From Candidatus Moraniibacteriota bacterium (GTDB lineage: Bacteria; Patescibacteriota; Minisyncoccia; Moranbacterales; UBA1568), in NCBI GenBank assembly GCA_028688415.1, contig JAQTYF010000001.1, forward strand, positions 464,627-528,626: a stretch of 64,000 nt of DNA, read 5' to 3'. The notes below the pieces were generated by a model that saw nothing but the letters and a program-made list of their open reading frames with translations, did not search any database and had not been told where the DNA came from. The position numbers and the translations under genes are program-made. This document shows positions 59,199 to 64,000 of this stretch, in pieces (the first letter of the stretch is position 1; each line of letters starts with the position of its first letter).

Positions 59199-61250
59199 TT
59201 AGAGCACAACAAATAAAGAAAGAATCAACGCAAGAAAAATATATGAAATATACATATTGATATTGCCTCCCTGAATAGTTTTGGAACGGAGAGATGCTTC
59301 GTCAATCATTTTCTGAAGCGGTTGATAGAAATGCGTCAGATAAATATTACCGACACTCATCGTCACTGTTCGAGATTTCGGTATATAACGACTCTTGGCG
59401 TCATGGTATTTGACTGTTTGTTGGATACTTGGCTTCAAAACATTTTTGAACACAAGAATGATCGAGCGAGCAAAACCAGTCGTCGTAATCTCCATCCGCG
59501 TATCGAGATGTGTCCCACAGTCCCATGTGTCCCCAAATGATATTTTCTGAGTGCTATTGATACCGAATCGTACAAGAAGAAAAACTCCAAAAAGAATAAT
59601 CGCCAAAAAAGAAAATATTGCTGGTGCTGATACGAGAGCAAATCCGTCAGTCAATTGAAGTGTCTGCATAGACGATACAGAGACAAACACTTTCACATTG
59701 TGAAAAATATCAAGACGCTGTCCGACGAAAGCAATCGTTTCTGTCACGAACCCCGCAAAAAGACCGAAAAGTATGGAGAGGAATGCGAGTCCTCCCATCG
59801 CGAGACGCATCGAGAGTACTGACTCTTTTACGTGCATCACTTCTTTACTTCGAGGTCGGGCGAGAAATATCCCTGCGAATGCTTTCACAAAACATGTGAG
59901 TGCGAGACCTCCTGTGAAAGCAAGTGATCCCGCTGCCAGCACGAAAATAAATTGGAGAGAAAAAGAAAGTGTCGCAATCCCCTGAAACAATGATTGGAAC
60001 GTCAACCATTCACTGAAAAATCCATTGAAGGGAGGGAGGGCAGATATCGCCATCGAACCAATAAGAAAGAAGAGTGCTGTCTGTGGCATGTACCGGATGA
60101 GCCCTCCATATTCTTCCATATTCTTCGTGTGCATCTGATCAATGACCGAACCAGCACCGAGGAAAAGGAGGGATTTGAAAAGTGCATGATTGATCGTATG
60201 GAACAGTCCTGCAATCAGTCCAAGGAGGGCGAGTGATTTCATATCGAGAGCATAGAACGTGATCGAACTTCCGATACCGAGTAAGATGATTCCAATATTT
60301 TCGATACTATGATATGCGAGAAGTCTTTTGATATCATGTTCGGTTAGTGCATAGAGCACACCAAGGATCGATGACACCATACCGATCACGAGTACGACCT
60401 CTCCCCACCAGAGAGGTACTGGTGCGAGCACATCGAGGAAGAGACGAATCATCATATAAATACCTGTCTTGATCATCACGCCCGACATCATCGCGGACAC
60501 ATGAGAGGGAGCGGCTGGGTGTGCGGCAGGGAGCCAGATGTGAAACGGGATAATACCCGCCTTGGTCCCAAACCCGATAAGAGCACAGGCAAACATCGCA
60601 TTCTGAATCATCTGTGGTATGAGTGCATGATGCAGTTTGATCACGTCAAACTGAAATGATCCAGTATATTTGTACGCCATGAGAAAAAACGCAATGATGA
60701 ATGCGGTGCCGACATACGTCATAATGAGATACAAAAATCCTGCTTTCACATTGCTCGCATCACGACGATCATACACCACGAGAAAATATGATGCGATGGA
60801 CATTGTCTCCCATGCAATGAGAAAGAAGAGCGCATTGGAGGTCGTCACGACGAGAAGCAAACTTCCCAGAAGAATATGGTAGAGAAATCCAAGTACTCCG
60901 ATACTGTATTTTCCATAATAATGCTTCACATACCCGAATCCATAGAGGGAGCAGAAGAAACCAACGAGAGAAATAGCAAATATGAAAAAAGCTGACAACA
61001 TATCAATACGAAGAGAGAACTGCAAAAATACAAATGATGTCTGAAAAAGTGAAAACGACATTTCTCGTCCTTGTATCAACATTAGAAGAGAAAAAATAAT
61101 TCCCACGAGAGAACCGAACAAAGCAAAAAAACTACTCCAAACATTGGCCCATGTATCATGATTGCGAAACACAAGTGATCCGATCGCTCCCACAGCAAAA
61201 ACAGAAAGTAATACGAGGAATCCTGCTTGCGATGAAATGAAGGCAATCAT
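59199..61250 (-). CDS. hyfB: HyfB-like antiporter subunit
   Basis: WETMS, GTKAG..PFHIWLPAAHPAAPSHVSA, KRLLAYHSIENIG, PPFNGF.SEW, WDCG. Confidence 0.92.
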   Translation of the reverse strand: MIAFISSQAGFLVLLSVFAVGAIGSLVFRNHDTWANVWSSFFALFGSLVGIIFSLLMLIQGREMSFSLFQTSFVFLQFSLRIDMLSAFFIFAISLVGFFCSLYGFGYVKHYYGKYSIGVLGFLYHILLGSLLLVVTTSNALFFLIAWETMSIASYFLVVYDRRDASNVKAGFLYLIMTYVGTAFIIAFFLMAYKYTGSFQFDVIKLHHALIPQMIQNAMFACALIGFGTKAGIIPFHIWLPAAHPAAPSHVSAMMSGVMIKTGIYMMIRLFLDVLAPVPLWWGEVVLVIGMVSSILGVLYALTEHDIKRLLAYHSIENIGIILLGIGSSITFYALDMKSLALLGLIAGLFHTINHALFKSLLFLGAGSVIDQMHTKNMEEYGGLIRYMPQTALFFLIGSMAISALPPFNGFFSEWLTFQSLFQGIATLSFSLQFIFVLAAGSLAFTGGLALTCFVKAFAGIFLARPRSKEVMHVKESVLSMRLAMGGLAFLSILFGLFAGFVTETIAFVGQRLDIFHNVKVFVSVSSMQTLQLTDGFALVSAPAIFSFLAIILFGVFLLVRFGINSTQKISFGDTWDCGTHLDTRMEITTTGFARSIILVFKNVLKPSIQQTVKYHDAKSRYIPKSRTVTMSVGNIYLTHFYQPLQKMIDEASLRSKTIQGGNINMYISYIFLALILSLFVVL

Positions 61251-61262
61251 AATATGTCTGAA

Positions 61263-61802
61263 TTATTTCGATGATTCATGCTCTATTGTCTGTAGAATAT
61301 TGAGGAGAGCACACAAAATTTTCTTGGGTGATGGCGGATCCCCAGGAATATGATAGTTCACAGGTATTACAGCATCCACACCTCCGACCACGGCATACGA
61401 GTTGCGGAATATCCCACCAGAGAGAGCGTCGTCCCCTACTGCCACGACGATTTTTGGATCTGGAGTAGCATCGTATGCGGACTTCACTGCCTCAGCCATA
61501 TTGCGTGTGATCGGACCAGTCACGAGAAGCATATCAGCATGTCGTGGAGACGCGACAAAATGAATGCCGAATCGTTCGACATCATAGAAACTATTCGAGA
61601 GTGCGACGAGCTCCTGTTCACACGCATTGTCCGAACCTCCATCCACCTGTCGTATAGCGAGTGATCCTCCGAAGAGTCGTTTCACAGAATTTTGTATTTG
61701 TTCACCGACGACGACAATATCTGCATCCTCGAGATCTGTTCGATCATCGATAGCAATAATATTGTTTTTGGTACGAAATATTTTCAAGAAAAGATTCATC
61801 AT
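61263..61802 (-). CDS. Ehr small subunit (HyfI/NuoB-like) with Cys->Asp substitutions
   Basis: SLAIRQVDGGSDNACE, SPRHAD.LLVTGP, VAVGDDA, IPGDPP. Confidence 0.92.
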   Translation of the reverse strand: MMNLFLKIFRTKNNIIAIDDRTDLEDADIVVVGEQIQNSVKRLFGGSLAIRQVDGGSDNACEQELVALSNSFYDVERFGIHFVASPRHADMLLVTGPITRNMAEAVKSAYDATPDPKIVVAVGDDALSGGIFRNSYAVVGGVDAVIPVNYHIPGDPPSPKKILCALLNILQTIEHESSK

Positions 61803-61915
61803 ATCTGTTTGTCATTCTTATCCCTATTCAATCAAAACGACAAAGAAGTCTGCCTCTAGAGTATAAACGGATTTTTATTTTTTTCAAAGAAGTTGATATT
61901 TCTCTCAATTCCACT

Positions 61916-61932
61916 GCGGAAGCGGTGAGATT
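61916..61932 (-). repeat. 17-bp duplicate of the tRNA-Ser(TGA) 3' end
   Basis: gcggaagcggtgagatt also occurs at 61958-61974. Confidence 0.85.
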
Positions 61933-61958
61933 TGTTTTATTTTCTTATCCAGTCAAAG

Positions 61959-62045
61959 CGGAAGCGGTGAGATTCGAACTCACGATACCCTTCCGGGTAT
62001 GATAGTTTTCAAGACTATTGCCTTCAACCGCTCGGCCACGCTTCC
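61959..62045 (-). tRNA. tRNA-Ser(TGA)
   Basis: GGAAGCG/CGCTTCC acceptor stem, CTTGAAA loop, long variable arm, GTTCGAAT. Confidence 0.96.
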
Positions 62046-62238
62046 GCTTTGACAAGATATAATTTAGTTTTTCAGCCAGAGGCTGATCAGCCCTGGGCTG
62101 GGACCACGCTTCCAGATTTTATTCTTTTCTTATGGTAGCAAGTGATCGCATATTTGTACAGATAGGATCTCATTTACCCATTCGATCAGCATCCTCTCAG
62201 AACTGTGCTATACTGAGAGTAAATAATTTCAATTTTCT

Positions 62239-62757
62239 ATGCAATATTCATCCTCATCACAGTCTCGAGAAGAAAAACCTGTTTCTTCGGCATATGGTCA
62301 AGTCCTCCTCCACTGGAGATCTCCCGAGCATGAGCCACTTGATCTCGGACCACGCTCCTCTATCGTAGTCACTGTTCTTCTCGTCTGTATTATTGCCTAC
62401 GCTCTCTATACCAATAGTCCACTGATGGCTATTACCTTTATCTTGATCGGTATCGTCGGGTACCTGATGCTCTATCGAGAACCGAGTATTCTCGACTTCA
62501 TGCTCACAAGTAAAGGCATCATCGCTGGGAAAGAATTTTATGAGTATGATACTCTTGAATCTTTCTTCCTTTACACAGAACCTCCTTTCGAAAATATATT
62601 AAGCATTCAAACAGAAGGAAAACTCGTTCCATACGTCCACATTCCCGTAATGAATGTCGATACAGACAAATTGCGAGATATTCTCGATGAGTTTGTTCCC
62701 GAAGAAAAGCACGAACCCGGACTAGTTGACACATTGGAGAAATTACTGCATATTTAG
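62239..62757 (+). CDS. Conserved hypothetical two-TM protein
   Basis: W.SPE, two TMs, C-terminal soluble domain. Confidence 0.8.
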   Translation: MQYSSSSQSREEKPVSSAYGQVLLHWRSPEHEPLDLGPRSSIVVTVLLVCIIAYALYTNSPLMAITFILIGIVGYLMLYREPSILDFMLTSKGIIAGKEFYEYDTLESFFLYTEPPFENILSIQTEGKLVPYVHIPVMNVDTDKLRDILDEFVPEEKHEPGLVDTLEKLLHI

Positions 62758-62858
62758 AGGTACTTTCCTCCTGTATCCAAAAGGAAGGTATATGTGTTTT
62801 TGCGCTTGTTCCGTTCCATCCGCCAGCTGGCGGAGGCGGATCAGTGGATAGTAAATAT

Positions 62859-62931
62859 GCGCTTGTAGCTCAGTGGATAGAGCATCTGGTTGCGGTCCAG
62901 AGGGTCGCAGGTTCGATTCCTGCCAAGCGCA
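62859..62931 (+). tRNA. tRNA-Arg(GCG)
   Basis: GCGCTTG/CAAGCGC acceptor stem, TCTGG-TTGCGGT-CCAGA anticodon arm, GGTTCGATTCC. Confidence 0.94.
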
Positions 62932-62934
62932 CAT

Positions 62935-63152
62935 TAAGTGAAACGAAATGGGAGATTGGAATAAGCCAACTGCTTGGCTTATGGAAGGAATCGAACGCCG
63001 GAATGATATTCCGTCAGCAGACGAAATCATGAGGCGATGCCCAGACAAACTTTTGTGTCGACAAAAGTTTAGTCGAGGGAGTTTCCTGCTAAGCTCTAAC
63101 AATAAAATCTGTCAGGAAATTTACTTGTGACAGATTCCTGCCAAGCGCACAT
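62935..63152 (+). mobile_element. ~200-bp hairpin-rich mini-element ending in a 20-bp duplicate of the tRNA-Arg 3' end
   Basis: gattcctgccaagcgcacat at 62915-62934 and 63133-63152. Confidence 0.65.
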
Positions 63153-63345
63153 CATAATAAGAAAGAACTCAAGCTGGGTTCTTTTTTATAATGCATCCTC
63201 AATCATACAAGATAAACGTTTCTCATTATACTTGACTTTTGATACCGCCTATACCATAGTAATGACGTATCAGAATCACAAGAAACTGTTACTTTTTACG
63301 ATAATAATGTCGTAGAAAATTGTACCTTTACAAGGAGTAGAAATA

Positions 63346-63585
63346 ATGAAAGATTTCTTTTATCGTACAGCCTCCTACGCCGTCGCGTCCTGCGCTGGAT
63401 TTACTGTTGTCAACTTTGGTGTTCAGTTTTTGGCCGATATTCCCCAATGGAACGTGGCCATCCATCTTACTCTCTTTGAATTTTTCATTACCGTCATGGT
63501 ATGGACCATATTGGTGGTGTTGAAAATTTTCTGGCAGCCATCCAATGAGTATCCATCACCCGATGAATACCCGATGGAGCGTTAA
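63346..63585 (+). CDS. Small two-TM hypothetical protein
   Basis: AAGGAG RBS, hydrophobic segments. Confidence 0.65.
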   Translation: MKDFFYRTASYAVASCAGFTVVNFGVQFLADIPQWNVAIHLTLFEFFITVMVWTILVVLKIFWQPSNEYPSPDEYPMER

Positions 63586-63681
63586 AAAGAATATGGTAAG
63601 AAAACTTGCATTCTGACTGTGCTTTGGTGCGAATTGTTGTCTAGCAATCCGTTTATGTAAACAAATTCTTCTAGGAGATTT

Positions 63682-64000
63682 ATGATGGTTTTCCTCGTCT
63701 TTGCTCTCTTTATCATCATGGGGCTATTCTTTGGTTCTTTGCCGTTGTTTGGCCCAATTATTCTTGGGTTTTTAGCTAGTTCTATTAATTCGCGTTTCAA
63801 ACAAAAGTCACGAGATGAAGGGATTTCAAAACAATATATTCAGCTTATTTTGATGGTAAGTATCATCTGTTTCTTTATCGGAGTCTCGATTGGAAGCTTT
63901 TTTGCATTCGGTGACGAGAGTGTGGAGATGGGTTTGGACAAGATGGAGATGGTGTATTGGCAAGGAGGATTATTTCTTCTCGTGTACTTCTTTGCACGCA
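63682..64000 (+). CDS. Hypothetical membrane protein (runs off the window)
   Basis: AGGAG RBS; open frame MMVFLVFALFIIMGLFFG... to the window end. Confidence 0.6.
   Translation, partial: MMVFLVFALFIIMGLFFGSLPLFGPIILGFLASSINSRFKQKSRDEGISKQYIQLILMVSIICFFIGVSIGSFFAFGDESVEMGLDKMEMVYWQGGLFLLVYFFAR

Noticed and set aside
1-64000. Alternative genetic code (UGA=Gly, as in Gracilibacteria/Absconditabacteria)
   Set aside because: Core genes are full length in code 11, and TGA terminates genes such as pilM and ccdA.

Overview
A 64-kb chromosomal segment from a Patescibacteria/CPR bacterium (Parcubacteria-like gene content; standard code 11; the taxonomy is an inference). Core genes: nusB, rpmF, rnhB, dnaE, miaA, gatCAB, a CYTH-dcd-thyA-folA-kinase operon, secE-nusG-rplK-rplA, ligA, a complete type IV pilus cluster with two tandem pilins, clpC-comF and a SurA-like foldase. 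Accessory parts: (i) an ArsR/Trx/CcdA/DedA redox cluster with a flavin disulfide reductase-TM-thioredoxin fusion; (ii) an island at tRNA-Ser(GCT) driven by a large serine recombinase. The recombinase ORF runs antisense into the tRNA, and the island carries three att-like sites, one of them a complete inverted attP-like copy, so excision or inversion would swap the recombinase C-terminus; (iii) an Ehr/hydrogenase-4-like membrane complex whose small subunit has 3 of 4 Fe-S cysteines replaced by Asp; (iv) a cassette in the 3' end of rnhB encoding five 67-aa repeats with hypervariable windows. Many small palindromic and heptamer elements occur between genes and in frame inside miaA and ligA. No CRISPR array, rRNA or reverse transcriptase was seen. 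All calls come from motif reading; no database searches were run.
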